Part shown: piece by piece, positions 36,423 to 46,158 of the stretch
Layout: every line of letters begins with the position of its first letter
Numbering within the stretch: position 1 is the first letter of the stretch
IMG/VR virus record: IMGVR_UViG_3300020578_004316
Location: 1-52,932 of that record
DNA length: 52,932 bases
Source: a virus
Taxonomy: Duplodnaviria > Caudoviricetes
Strand: one strand, 5' to 3'
Program-made: the position numbers and the translations under genes
Notes under the pieces: model-generated
What the model saw: only the letters and a program-made list of their open reading frames with translations
What the model was told of the DNA's origin: nothing
The model's database searches: none

Positions 36423-38531
36423 ATGGGTCTTTTACTGAAATTAAATAATGGGGATACCCAATTAAAATCACTTAAATTTGGTAAGGACAGACCAGGAGGG
36501 GGAGATAGTGGACAACCTTATATTCCTCAAAACATACAAACAGGTATTCAAAATCCTGCTTTTTATAACGATTTTGTTATACGTGGAGGAATTGAAGCCC
36601 CTTTAAGTGCAGCTGAAGACGTTGCTCGTTTAACAAAATACTTTATAAACATAAAAAACCCAAGTGGTCTTTTATTTATAGCAAAACAAAACCTACTTTC
36701 TCGAGTAGGAACAAAAACAGAAGCATCTAAAGGTTTAGGTTATGCTGGAGGTTTTTTAAATGAAGGAGCATACACACCATTATCTACATTAGCTGAAGCT
36801 GGGATAGTATGGGCTGGAGGCCATGTGAACAAACAAGGTTTAGATCCTACTGGTTTATTTTCATTTGCTTCTATTAACAAATATCAAGATGTTATTTCCC
36901 AAAATCAACTTACTGGGAGAATTGATTTAGAAAATAATAGATTAGTTAGGCTTTCCACTTTAATCCCAGTAAATAGAGGAATAAATAATTTTGCAAATGT
37001 TGTAGAATATAAATTAAACCCCCAATTAGAAAATGATGTTCTAATTTCCTATGGAGGTGGATCTGATTCTGTTTTAGGAATAGGAAAAACTAAAATTAAG
37101 TTTGCAACTGGAAATGATGGTGTCCCTTTAAAAACATTGATACCTAAACCAAAAGATTATTTAGTAGATAAACCATATGACCCAACCAATGAAGATAAAT
37201 TCCAGTTACCTATCAATGCATCTTCAGATTATAACGAATACATAAAAAATTTTTCAAGTAATTTTGCTGAAAATGATTTAACCAAAAACGGAAAAAATTC
37301 GTTTACACAAAATTTTATAGTAGACGTTTACGAATCTGAGTCTCTTAAAAGTAATAGTAATATAGGAAAAGGTTCATGGACACAACAAAATTTTGTCAAT
37401 CAACCTCCTAATCCAAATGCAACTACATTAGAGGATTTTAGACAAATACTAAAACCAACAGAAAGCCCTCAATATACCTTTTTAAGCCTTTCCCCAAGCT
37501 ATAAAAGATATATGATAGAATCTGATGATACTTCAATTTCAGCAAATGCTACTGGATATGGAAGGATAGGTTTACGTAGCCCTGGACAAAAAGGAGATAT
37601 ATCAAATTATGTCCAAGGTAAAAAAGATCCTGCGGGAAATATATTAGGTCCTGTTGATTTTATTAATGCTTTGCCTATATATAAATCAAGTAACGTAACA
37701 TCTAAAAATGAATATAAAAATGATTTAATTAAATTTAGAATAGATATTTTAGATAATGATGAGAATACTAGATTTTTTATGCATTTTAGAGCATTTTTAG
37801 ATTCTTTTTCAGATTCATACGGGGGTGATTGGAAATCTTTAAATTACATGGGAAGAGGAGAAAATTTTTATAAATACGATAAATTTTCTAGAAGTATTAG
37901 TGTAATATTTATTGTAGCTGCTTTATCAAAACAAGAACTTATACCAATGTATAAGAAATTAAATTATTTAGCTTCTTCATTAGCCCCATCATATTCGAGT
38001 AAAGGATATTTAAGAGGAAATATTGCATACCTTACAGTAGGAGCATGGTGTTATGAACTCCCAGGAATAATTAATAGTGTAGAATATTCAGTTCCTGAAG
38101 AAGCTCCTTGGGAAATAGCCATTCCTATTAAAGATGAAAATGGTAAAGGAGTTGGAACTCAATTTGATGACGATACTGTAAGAGAAATGCCTCATATGAT
38201 AAAAGTAACTATGAAGTTTACTCCTATTCATACATTTAGACCTGAAATTATGGATATTGAAACTAAGAAAGATATTAACCAAACTGATAACCCATTAAAT
38301 GATTCTAATGACTATGGAAATCAAAGATATATTAGCTTAGAAACATCATATAATGTAATTAAACAAAAACCTGAAGATAAAAAAGCAGAAAAAATATCTT
38401 TAGATATCCCATTAAAACCACTTACACAAACTAACTTACTTTTACAACAACCTGTTACTAAACCTACAGGCCCCGTTACTACAGTTTTAAATGAGGGGGA
38501 AATTAATAATGATTTTTCTTTATTTGTATAA
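36423..38531 (+). CDS. Baseplate / tube-initiator-like protein
   Basis: FRAFL...SDSY...W....Y.GR.E..Y.Y....RSIS tube-fold motif; position. Confidence 0.6.
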   Translation: MGLLLKLNNGDTQLKSLKFGKDRPGGGDSGQPYIPQNIQTGIQNPAFYNDFVIRGGIEAPLSAAEDVARLTKYFINIKNPSGLLFIAKQNLLSRVGTKTEASKGLGYAGGFLNEGAYTPLSTLAEAGIVWAGGHVNKQGLDPTGLFSFASINKYQDVISQNQLTGRIDLENNRLVRLSTLIPVNRGINNFANVVEYKLNPQLENDVLISYGGGSDSVLGIGKTKIKFATGNDGVPLKTLIPKPKDYLVDKPYDPTNEDKFQLPINASSDYNEYIKNFSSNFAENDLTKNGKNSFTQNFIVDVYESESLKSNSNIGKGSWTQQNFVNQPPNPNATTLEDFRQILKPTESPQYTFLSLSPSYKRYMIESDDTSISANATGYGRIGLRSPGQKGDISNYVQGKKDPAGNILGPVDFINALPIYKSSNVTSKNEYKNDLIKFRIDILDNDENTRFFMHFRAFLDSFSDSYGGDWKSLNYMGRGENFYKYDKFSRSISVIFIVAALSKQELIPMYKKLNYLASSLAPSYSSKGYLRGNIAYLTVGAWCYELPGIINSVEYSVPEEAPWEIAIPIKDENGKGVGTQFDDDTVREMPHMIKVTMKFTPIHTFRPEIMDIETKKDINQTDNPLNDSNDYGNQRYISLETSYNVIKQKPEDKKAEKISLDIPLKPLTQTNLLLQQPVTKPTGPVTTVLNEGEINNDFSLFV

Positions 38532-38540
38532 AATAATGTT

Positions 38541-38855
38541 ATGAACCGATATCAACCTATACCAATCATAAGCACTGTTGAAAATCCTAAATTAAGATAT
38601 ATTAATTCAAAATATCCTTCAATTTCCCTTGATTCTACAGACATTTATGTGTATACTACTCAAGGAGATAGATATGATGTTTTAGCTCAAACATATTATG
38701 GTGATTCTTCATACTGGTGGGTAATAAACAGAGCAAACCCATCTCAAGATGCTGGATCTTTATTCCCTTCAATAGGAGCACAAATAAGAATCCCAGCCTT
38801 TGAAAGATTGTTTAACATAATATCCCAGTACGAAGCATTAAATTTAAATATATAA
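38541..38855 (+). CDS. LysM-like baseplate wedge protein (gp53/gpX-like)
   Basis: GDRYDVLAQTYYGDSSYWWVI..AN....G.QIRIP. Confidence 0.85.
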   Translation: MNRYQPIPIISTVENPKLRYINSKYPSISLDSTDIYVYTTQGDRYDVLAQTYYGDSSYWWVINRANPSQDAGSLFPSIGAQIRIPAFERLFNIISQYEALNLNI

Positions 38856-38858
38856 GTT

Positions 38859-41800
38859 ATGTCAATAATAGGACAGGAAATAGAAAGTTATACTATAAGC
38901 CAAATTAATGCAAGACAAAAGTTACATGGAAGTGGAACTTCTACTAGTAGAACACCACAACAAATTAGTGTATTAAATTCAAATTCTTCTTGGGTAAAAT
39001 TAGCATCTGGAATTTCAGTAAATGCTAGTAGATTAAGAGATATACAAGTAAGTACATCTTATAGTGGGATGGAGTTAGCAAAAAATAATGTTTTATTTGG
39101 AGGAACTTCTAAATTAGTAGGAGGACAAAGACTTCAACAAAAAGAAGGATTTTTACCCTACCAATCCAATAGTTCATATTTACATGGAGATTTTGGATAT
39201 TCTCCTATGCCCGGAATTATAAGTGCTGATATAAAAGCATTAAATAGGGGTTCGCTTAAAAAAGCAACAGTTAAACTTACTGCTAATAATAAACAACAAT
39301 TTGATGTTATTGATCTTCTTTATCTAAGATTAGGATATACTGTTTTACTTGAATGGGGAAATAGTATGTACACTTCTAACGGTACCGATAGACAATTAGT
39401 TCAACAAACCATTGTAGAAGATGAAAAAAGATTTTTTAACCCAGAATATGGAAAAGGAAAGTCTCATAGAGACATACTTTTCGTAATAGAGTATTATCGA
39501 GATAAATATAAGGGAAATTATGATGGGCTTTTAGGTAAAGTATCAAATTTTAATTGGACTTTTCAATCTGATGGGTCATATGATATAGAAATTACTATAA
39601 TAAGTTTAGGTGATGTAGTTGAATCTTTAAAAACTAATATTTCATCAAACCGACAATTAAGCCTATTTATTGAAAATACTCTTGCTGCTAACCCCTCAGG
39701 AAGTGAAGGAGGAAATAATCTTATTGAAGAAAATGCTGATTCTAATGATATAGCAGCAATGTTATATTGTTGGAAATATGTTAATAAAGATTTATTAACT
39801 TATCAATCCTATGAAGATAGCATTTATATAAGACGTCCAGATGAAGGAGATAGATTTGTAGGAGCATTTTTAGAAACCTCAACTACTCTTACTTCTACAT
39901 TTGTTACATATAGATTTGCTTACCTAGCTTATGGATATGATATAGAAATATACCCAGACTTAAGTCCAGATACTTACTATAAATCTGTTGAAATACCTTA
40001 TGATCTTAATATTTATCCAAATCACGAAGAAGAAGCTCAAAAAGAACGTAAATCAAGAGATGATAAATTAATAACGGATGGAAAAAATCGATTAAGTTTT
40101 GTTAATCCTAGTGGTATTCAAGATTATAAAAGAGTTTTAGCAGGTTATGAAAGTTTAGGGAATAAAAAAACAACTATTGATAGTCCTTTAACTAATTTTA
40201 GTAAAAAAGATGCATGTTTTATAACTACTGAACCTGATAAACAATTTTATTTAAGATTTGGAGCTTTATTACAGTATTTAAGAACTACTATTATTCCTAA
40301 AGTAGATACATCTAATTCGAATTATAAGAATAAACCACCTGTATTTAGTATAAATACTGATGTATATGGAACTGGAGACTTAGGAAATTATATGTATTCG
40401 TTACCAAATCAAATTTCTTTAGATCCAAGAGTTTGTATAGTAAGAAATGATAAATTTCAAACTTCTAATGGAATAACAGAAGTATACAGACATTTATTGC
40501 CTTTTAGATCTGAAGATTATTCATCAAAACCTAACCCTAATAAGGCATATATTATGAATATATATCTAAATTTTGAATTTATAATAAATTGCATTAATAA
40601 TAATTTAGATGAAAAAGGAGATATTGGAATATTTGGATTTTTAAAAGCAATATGTGATGGTTTAAATAAATCTTTAGGAGGAATAAATAATTTAGAACCT
40701 ATCATAAATGAAGATACTAATACTCTTTATATTATTGATACTACTCCTATCCCTGGTATAGGTTCTGAAACAGCTTCTTATACATTACAATTATTTGGGT
40801 ATAATGCTTCTACTTCTAACTTTGTTAGAAACGTTGATTTAAAAACAGCTATCACCCCAGAATATGCAACTATGATTACAGTAGGAGCAACCGCAGGAGG
40901 ATATGTTAAAGGAATAGAAGCTACAGCATTTTCAAAATGGAATGATGGGTTAACCGATAGATTTAAAGAAAAACTTATCCCGGGAAATGAAAATTCTCAA
41001 GAAGAAAACGGTGAAGATGAAGCTGCATCAAACTATATTAATAAATTTTTATCGGCTAAAGCAGGCAATGCTTCTCGTTATGGGTTTAAAGGGAACATAG
41101 TAAGTACCAATGCTAAAAACCTTCAAATAGACCCAGGTGCTATTGAAAAAAATATCTCAGTTGTAACAGAATACTATAAATATTTAATTGCATCTCAAAA
41201 GAACCAACAAGGTGGAACTGTTGGGTTTATTCCGTTTAAATTGAATTTTTCTATGGATGGAATATCGGGTATAAAGATATACAACAAATTACACGTTGAT
41301 ACTCGTTTTTTACCTAAAGCATATGGAACTGAACTAGATTTAATTGTAACAGGAGTTAGCCATAAATTATCAAATGATGACTGGGAAACAAATATTGAAA
41401 CTACATTAATTCCTAAAACAAATGAATTAAAAGATTTAGTTATTACAGCTGAAGCTATAGTAGAAGATATAAACAATAACCCACCTAAATACGATAAACC
41501 AACTATGACTCCACCTCCTAGTTTAATTCAAGCTATGAAAGAATATGGTATAACTGATCCTTTAGAAAAAGCTCATTTTTTAGCTCAATGCAACACTGAA
41601 TCCGCTAGATTTTCTGCAACAACCGAATTTGCTTCTGGAGAAGCATATGAAGGTAGAAAAGATTTAGGCAATACATCTCCTGGAGACGGAAAAAAATATA
41701 AAGGAAGAGGTTATATTCAATTAACAGGAAAATCAAATTACATTAGTTATAATGACTATCTTAAAACTAAAGGTAAAACAGATGATGTAGTAAAAAATCC

Positions 41801-42038
41801 TACATTAGTAGCTACTAAATATGCCGCTGATGTATCTGTTTATTTTTGGAAAGTAGCAGGTCCTAAAGGAGTTAAAAAATTTTCCCAAAAAGCAAAAGAA
41901 GGATCATCTGTTGCAATAATTAACAAAATAGGATCTTGGATAAATGGAAAAAATCCCCCAAATGGATATCAAGATAGAATTAATAAATTTAAATACTATT
42001 GGGATATTTTACAAAAAGACCCTAACGCTTTTTCTTAA
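38859..42038 (+). CDS. Baseplate hub protein with C-terminal GH19 peptidoglycan hydrolase
   Basis: LLEWG and V.H...WET hub motifs; AHFLAQ..TES, YEGRKDLGN..PGDG.KYKGRGYIQLTG. Confidence 0.85.
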   Translation: MSIIGQEIESYTISQINARQKLHGSGTSTSRTPQQISVLNSNSSWVKLASGISVNASRLRDIQVSTSYSGMELAKNNVLFGGTSKLVGGQRLQQKEGFLPYQSNSSYLHGDFGYSPMPGIISADIKALNRGSLKKATVKLTANNKQQFDVIDLLYLRLGYTVLLEWGNSMYTSNGTDRQLVQQTIVEDEKRFFNPEYGKGKSHRDILFVIEYYRDKYKGNYDGLLGKVSNFNWTFQSDGSYDIEITIISLGDVVESLKTNISSNRQLSLFIENTLAANPSGSEGGNNLIEENADSNDIAAMLYCWKYVNKDLLTYQSYEDSIYIRRPDEGDRFVGAFLETSTTLTSTFVTYRFAYLAYGYDIEIYPDLSPDTYYKSVEIPYDLNIYPNHEEEAQKERKSRDDKLITDGKNRLSFVNPSGIQDYKRVLAGYESLGNKKTTIDSPLTNFSKKDACFITTEPDKQFYLRFGALLQYLRTTIIPKVDTSNSNYKNKPPVFSINTDVYGTGDLGNYMYSLPNQISLDPRVCIVRNDKFQTSNGITEVYRHLLPFRSEDYSSKPNPNKAYIMNIYLNFEFIINCINNNLDEKGDIGIFGFLKAICDGLNKSLGGINNLEPIINEDTNTLYIIDTTPIPGIGSETASYTLQLFGYNASTSNFVRNVDLKTAITPEYATMITVGATAGGYVKGIEATAFSKWNDGLTDRFKEKLIPGNENSQEENGEDEAASNYINKFLSAKAGNASRYGFKGNIVSTNAKNLQIDPGAIEKNISVVTEYYKYLIASQKNQQGGTVGFIPFKLNFSMDGISGIKIYNKLHVDTRFLPKAYGTELDLIVTGVSHKLSNDDWETNIETTLIPKTNELKDLVITAEAIVEDINNNPPKYDKPTMTPPPSLIQAMKEYGITDPLEKAHFLAQCNTESARFSATTEFASGEAYEGRKDLGNTSPGDGKKYKGRGYIQLTGKSNYISYNDYLKTKGKTDDVVKNPTLVATKYAADVSVYFWKVAGPKGVKKFSQKAKEGSSVAIINKIGSWINGKNPPNGYQDRINKFKYYWDILQKDPNAFS

Positions 42039-42041
42039 AAA

Positions 42042-42980
42042 ATGTATTACCCAAAATCTCAAATAAAAACAAATCTTTTTACTAACGGTAAAGAATATAT
42101 CCTTTCTACTACTAAAAAGGAATATAAAGGATATTACTATGAAATTTCAAATGGAAACAAATACACAGGTAAATCCCCCCAAGAAGGAAATAATATCCTT
42201 TTACTTTCTCCAGATACAATTTTTTTTGATATCAACACATCAATTTTAACCCCTGAAGCTGATTCTCTTACATCCCCAGTTAATAATTTAATAATTCCCC
42301 AAGATACAATCCCTAACCAATCTTTACCTCCTATTCGTTCTCTTCCTAAATTTAACCCAACCACTCCAACCACTCAAGACCAACAAAACGGACAATTTAA
42401 TAGATACTTCTGTAAGAAAAACAATGAAATAAGATATCTTGAAATAGATAAAAATACCTTTCTACAACTTCAAAAGAAAAACCCTAGAATAGCTTGGGAC
42501 CTATACACCCCAGTTTCTTTAACTTGGCAAATTACAGGTAATAAAGAGCAAGTTTATAGATCAAATAAAGCATCTGCTATTGCTATAGAACAAAATTTAA
42601 AATGGTATGGTTTTTCTCAATACTTTCAAGATAAATTCTTAAAATATTACACCCCATTAACCCTTAATAATTTATACACTGCAGGAGGTGAATTTACTAC
42701 TCAAAATGGGCAAAATTACATAGGATATTACCATATCCATGAAGGAAAAACTCCTATGATAGGAAAAATCCATACTAATACCCCCCATGAAACCTTAATC
42801 CCAACTAATTCACAAGTAATTAATAAAAATCAATCTAATTTACAAAATATTCCAACAACATCTTCTCAAAATAATACTTTAAAAAATACAAATATTTCTT
42901 ATCTCCAATCTCAAAACATGAGAAATGCAGGGAATATAAGTGGAGGAGGTGGAAGCTATGGAGGAGGTGGAGGATATTAA
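42042..42980 (+). CDS. Hypothetical baseplate-region protein
   Basis: MYYPKSQI start; internal repeat NL(F/Y)T.G.E(Y/F)......Y.GYY. Confidence 0.55.
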   Translation: MYYPKSQIKTNLFTNGKEYILSTTKKEYKGYYYEISNGNKYTGKSPQEGNNILLLSPDTIFFDINTSILTPEADSLTSPVNNLIIPQDTIPNQSLPPIRSLPKFNPTTPTTQDQQNGQFNRYFCKKNNEIRYLEIDKNTFLQLQKKNPRIAWDLYTPVSLTWQITGNKEQVYRSNKASAIAIEQNLKWYGFSQYFQDKFLKYYTPLTLNNLYTAGGEFTTQNGQNYIGYYHIHEGKTPMIGKIHTNTPHETLIPTNSQVINKNQSNLQNIPTTSSQNNTLKNTNISYLQSQNMRNAGNISGGGGSYGGGGGY

Positions 42981-42986
42981 TTTTAG

Positions 42987-43018
42987 TTTGGCTTTTTAAA
43001 ATTTAATTAGTATCTTTA
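42987..43018 (+). promoter_or_regulatory. Bacteroidota sigmaA-like promoter (TTTG-N20-TATCTTTA)
   Basis: One mismatch from the TTTG...TAnnTTTG consensus; marks the start of the replication module. Confidence 0.7.
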
Positions 43019-43022
43019 CAGC

Positions 43023-44270
43023 ATGTACTGGCTGATAGAAAATCCTCAACATGTAGATATTTTAGCAAAGATAGAATATGAAGTTGCTTATGTTGAAGTA
43101 ATTCCTACTTCACACAACTTACATCCTGTTGAAAATGAAGTATGTGCTTTATACATTCGTCCAAGAGATGATTCAAAAGGATATATTATCCCAATCAACC
43201 ATAGTGAAACAATAAATTCTACAATAGATGATTGTTTAAAGGTATTAAACAGTATAAAAAATATTTACGTAAGGGATAGAAAGGAATTTCTACATTATTT
43301 TTGCCTTAAGCATTGCTACCAATACTCACCCTCCCCCTATACGTATATACCTCAACAAACAACGGCTCACACGCACATTTACAACAAGTATCCAAACATA
43401 CAATACTTAAACACAATAGTACCGATTGTAAAACACTATGAGGTATGTGAACAAAACTATGCTAACTTTAAAGGTGAAATAAACCCATTTTACAACAAAG
43501 CAGCACTTGTGTTTAATCAACTAGAACGAACGGGTATTAAAGTAGACCCATTGTTATTCGAGGAATACTTTGATCAACAAGTAAACGAATTTGTTTACAC
43601 GCAATACAATTTAAACACGCTAACAACAAGACCATCAAATACATTTAATACTATTAACTTTTCAGCCCTAAACAAAGACAATGAAGAAAGAAAATGCTTT
43701 ATACCCCGTAATGAGAGTTTTATTGAGTTTGATATTTCTGCTTATCACCCTACCCTTTTGGCTAGTCTTTGCGGTTACGACTTTAGTAGTGACGATATCC
43801 ACTTATCTTTTGCTCAAATGTATGGAGTTGACTATGCCAAAGCAAAAGAGATCACGTTTAAACAGCTTTATGGAGGAATTTGGAAAGAATACGAGACCTT
43901 GGACTTTTTTCGACAAGTAAAAGCATATACAGACGATTTGTGGAAAACATTTAATACAAACGGATACATTAAATGCCCTATTTCAGATCATAAATTTATA
44001 AAAAAGGATCTGGAGAATATGAATCCACAAAAGCTTTTAAATTACGTACTACAAAACTTGGAGACCGCAAATAATGTTCTTATATTATATGAGATATTTA
44101 AGATTTTGCGAGGGAAAAATACTAAACTCGTGTTATATGTGTACGATTCATTTTTATTTGATGTAGATGAAAGTGAAATAGATACAATAGAGCAAATAAA
44201 ACAGGTATTTAAAGATAAAAAATTACAAATAAAAATTAAAAAAGGTAAAAACTACCACGAAATTAAATAA
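43023..44270 (+). CDS. polA: Short family-A DNA polymerase-like protein (thumb largely absent)
   Basis: Motif A FDISAY, motif B AKEITFKQLYG, NYVLQ, motif C VYDSFLFD. Confidence 0.8.
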   Translation: MYWLIENPQHVDILAKIEYEVAYVEVIPTSHNLHPVENEVCALYIRPRDDSKGYIIPINHSETINSTIDDCLKVLNSIKNIYVRDRKEFLHYFCLKHCYQYSPSPYTYIPQQTTAHTHIYNKYPNIQYLNTIVPIVKHYEVCEQNYANFKGEINPFYNKAALVFNQLERTGIKVDPLLFEEYFDQQVNEFVYTQYNLNTLTTRPSNTFNTINFSALNKDNEERKCFIPRNESFIEFDISAYHPTLLASLCGYDFSSDDIHLSFAQMYGVDYAKAKEITFKQLYGGIWKEYETLDFFRQVKAYTDDLWKTFNTNGYIKCPISDHKFIKKDLENMNPQKLLNYVLQNLETANNVLILYEIFKILRGKNTKLVLYVYDSFLFDVDESEIDTIEQIKQVFKDKKLQIKIKKGKNYHEIK

Positions 44271-44275
44271 AAGTT

Positions 44276-44737
44276 ATGTACAATACTTTAGAACGCCCCT
44301 ATCATATGTATGATCAATACGACTATGATTTTACATTTGATACGTTATTGATGAACAATAGATTGTTTTGTACTTTTACACCATTGAGTGAATTAGAGGC
44401 GTTGATTCTAGCATTAACAAATCGTTACAGTATAATGTACAATAAAATGTTTGTGTTGCATATTAAAAGCAATAACGAATATGTTATCACATATAATGTA
44501 GATCAAGGAAACGTAAATGACATTCCTGACAATACTATTTTAGTACATAGAAAAAAAGAATCAAATACACTTTATACAATAAACGCGTTAAACGAGTTAA
44601 TTAAAAAGTTAAACGGAGGTGTAGTTGATACTAACTTTTCAGTAAATTGGCAACATTATAGAAATTGTATATTGTTAACTCAACACAATGAGATTAAACA
44701 ATTAAATACAAAGATTTTTAAAATTGTTGAACTGTGA
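44276..44737 (+). CDS. Hypothetical protein coupled to polymerase gene
   Basis: Starts 5 nt after the polA-like stop; HRKKESNTLYTINALN; true start may be an internal Met. Confidence 0.6.
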   Translation: MYNTLERPYHMYDQYDYDFTFDTLLMNNRLFCTFTPLSELEALILALTNRYSIMYNKMFVLHIKSNNEYVITYNVDQGNVNDIPDNTILVHRKKESNTLYTINALNELIKKLNGGVVDTNFSVNWQHYRNCILLTQHNEIKQLNTKIFKIVEL

Positions 44738-45252
44738 AAAAATCTCAATTAAAGCAAATTATTAGAGAAGAAATACAAAAAGTATTATCTACTATCCCAA
44801 CTATTGAATTAAATACTTCTTTTCTTCAATCTCAAGATGATTTTGAAAGAGGAGGGGATACAGGATATACTGTATGGAAACCCGAATTCAAAAATGGTTT
44901 AAAAGCAACCCAACAAAATTTTAAATCATCTGGTAAACCTGCTATTCCTGCTCAAAAAATACCATTTGAGATGATAGATACTATGAGTGATGAAGGAGGA
45001 GATATACCTTATATTAATGTTAAATTTAAAAAACCACTAAATGAAATTTTTATAGATTTAGATGATTATGATCCTGAAGAGTTTGGTGTAGAAGATTTTG
45101 ATAAATTTGATGAAATAGTTGAATCTAAACCCAACCCAACATTACAGGATGTTTCTGAATTAATTGATTTAAAAAATAAAAATTTAAGTTTTTATGGATG
45201 TTATGTTTTGGATATTAAACCAAACGAAATAATTAAAATTTCAAAGAAATAA
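44734..45252 (+). CDS. Acidic hypothetical protein, putative capsid-internal
   Basis: MKKSQLKQIIREEI leader nearly identical to that of 3067; GTG start overlaps the upstream stop. Confidence 0.55.
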   Translation: MKKSQLKQIIREEIQKVLSTIPTIELNTSFLQSQDDFERGGDTGYTVWKPEFKNGLKATQQNFKSSGKPAIPAQKIPFEMIDTMSDEGGDIPYINVKFKKPLNEIFIDLDDYDPEEFGVEDFDKFDEIVESKPNPTLQDVSELIDLKNKNLSFYGCYVLDIKPNEIIKISKK

Positions 45253-45258
45253 AAATAG

Positions 45259-45290
45259 TTTGGCTATTTAAAAAAAGGTTATTATATTAA
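45259..45290 (+). promoter_or_regulatory. Bacteroidota sigmaA-like promoter (TTTG-N20-TATATTAA)
   Basis: Shares TAGTTTGGCT with the 42984 site; 20-nt spacer. Confidence 0.65.
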
Positions 45291-45318
45291 ACGTTGTAAA
45301 CAATAAAAATAGTTATAT

Positions 45319-46143
45319 ATGAATCTCGATGCAATCAAGAAAAAACTTGAATCAATGCAAAAAACCTCTAATGGAGGATCTAACAATTCAAGTAACGTCA
45401 AGCGTTTTAAACCAACGATTGGCAAACAAACAATCCGTATTGTACCTTTTAAATACAATAAGGAATTTCCATTTACGGAAATGAAATTTTATTACGGAAT
45501 TGGAAGCCGTAAAGTAATCGCTTCACCTTTAAACTGGGGTGAAAAGGATCCAATTGCAGAATTTGCAAAACAATTACGTGGAACAAACGACAAAGAAAAT
45601 TGGCGTTTAGCTAAAAAATTAGATCCGAAAACTCGTATCTACGCTCCTGTAATTGTACGTGGTGAAGAATCTGAAGGTGTTCAATTGTGGGAATTTGGTA
45701 AAGAAATTTACGAAGCATTTTTGCAAATGGCTGCTGATGAAGAAGTAGGTGATTTTACAGATATTATGTCTGGTAGAGACATTAAGTTGGTTACTGTAGG
45801 ACCTGAATCAACAGGAACAGCTTACAATAAAACAACTATTGCTCCGTCAATGAAAACATCTGCACTATCTGAAGATTCTAAACAAATTGAAAAATGGTTA
45901 GAAGAGCAAGAAAATCCAAAAGATATGTACAAGCCGCTTCCATTTGATACAATCAAACAAGCACTTCAAGAATGGTTAGATCCTGAAGCAGAGGAAGAAG
46001 AAGCAACAACTGAACCTGCAGACGAAATAAAAGAAGAACCTAAGTCAAATTACAGTTTATCTACTAAACCAGCAGTTAAAAAATCAAAAGCAGAAGCATT
46101 TGACGATTTGTTTGGTGAGGATGATGATGATGCTCCATTTTAA
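45319..46143 (+). CDS. Single-stranded DNA-binding protein (gp32-like)
   Basis: IRIVP, DPI, LWEFGK.IY, D...GRD, acidic tail DDDDAPF. Confidence 0.85.
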   Translation: MNLDAIKKKLESMQKTSNGGSNNSSNVKRFKPTIGKQTIRIVPFKYNKEFPFTEMKFYYGIGSRKVIASPLNWGEKDPIAEFAKQLRGTNDKENWRLAKKLDPKTRIYAPVIVRGEESEGVQLWEFGKEIYEAFLQMAADEEVGDFTDIMSGRDIKLVTVGPESTGTAYNKTTIAPSMKTSALSEDSKQIEKWLEEQENPKDMYKPLPFDTIKQALQEWLDPEAEEEEATTEPADEIKEEPKSNYSLSTKPAVKKSKAEAFDDLFGEDDDDAPF

Positions 46144-46158
46144 TTAAGTAAATAAGTT

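Noticed and set aside
25591-42038. Extracellular contractile injection system or tailocin rather than phage
   Set aside because: Complete head, packaging and replication modules are contiguous with the tail genes.
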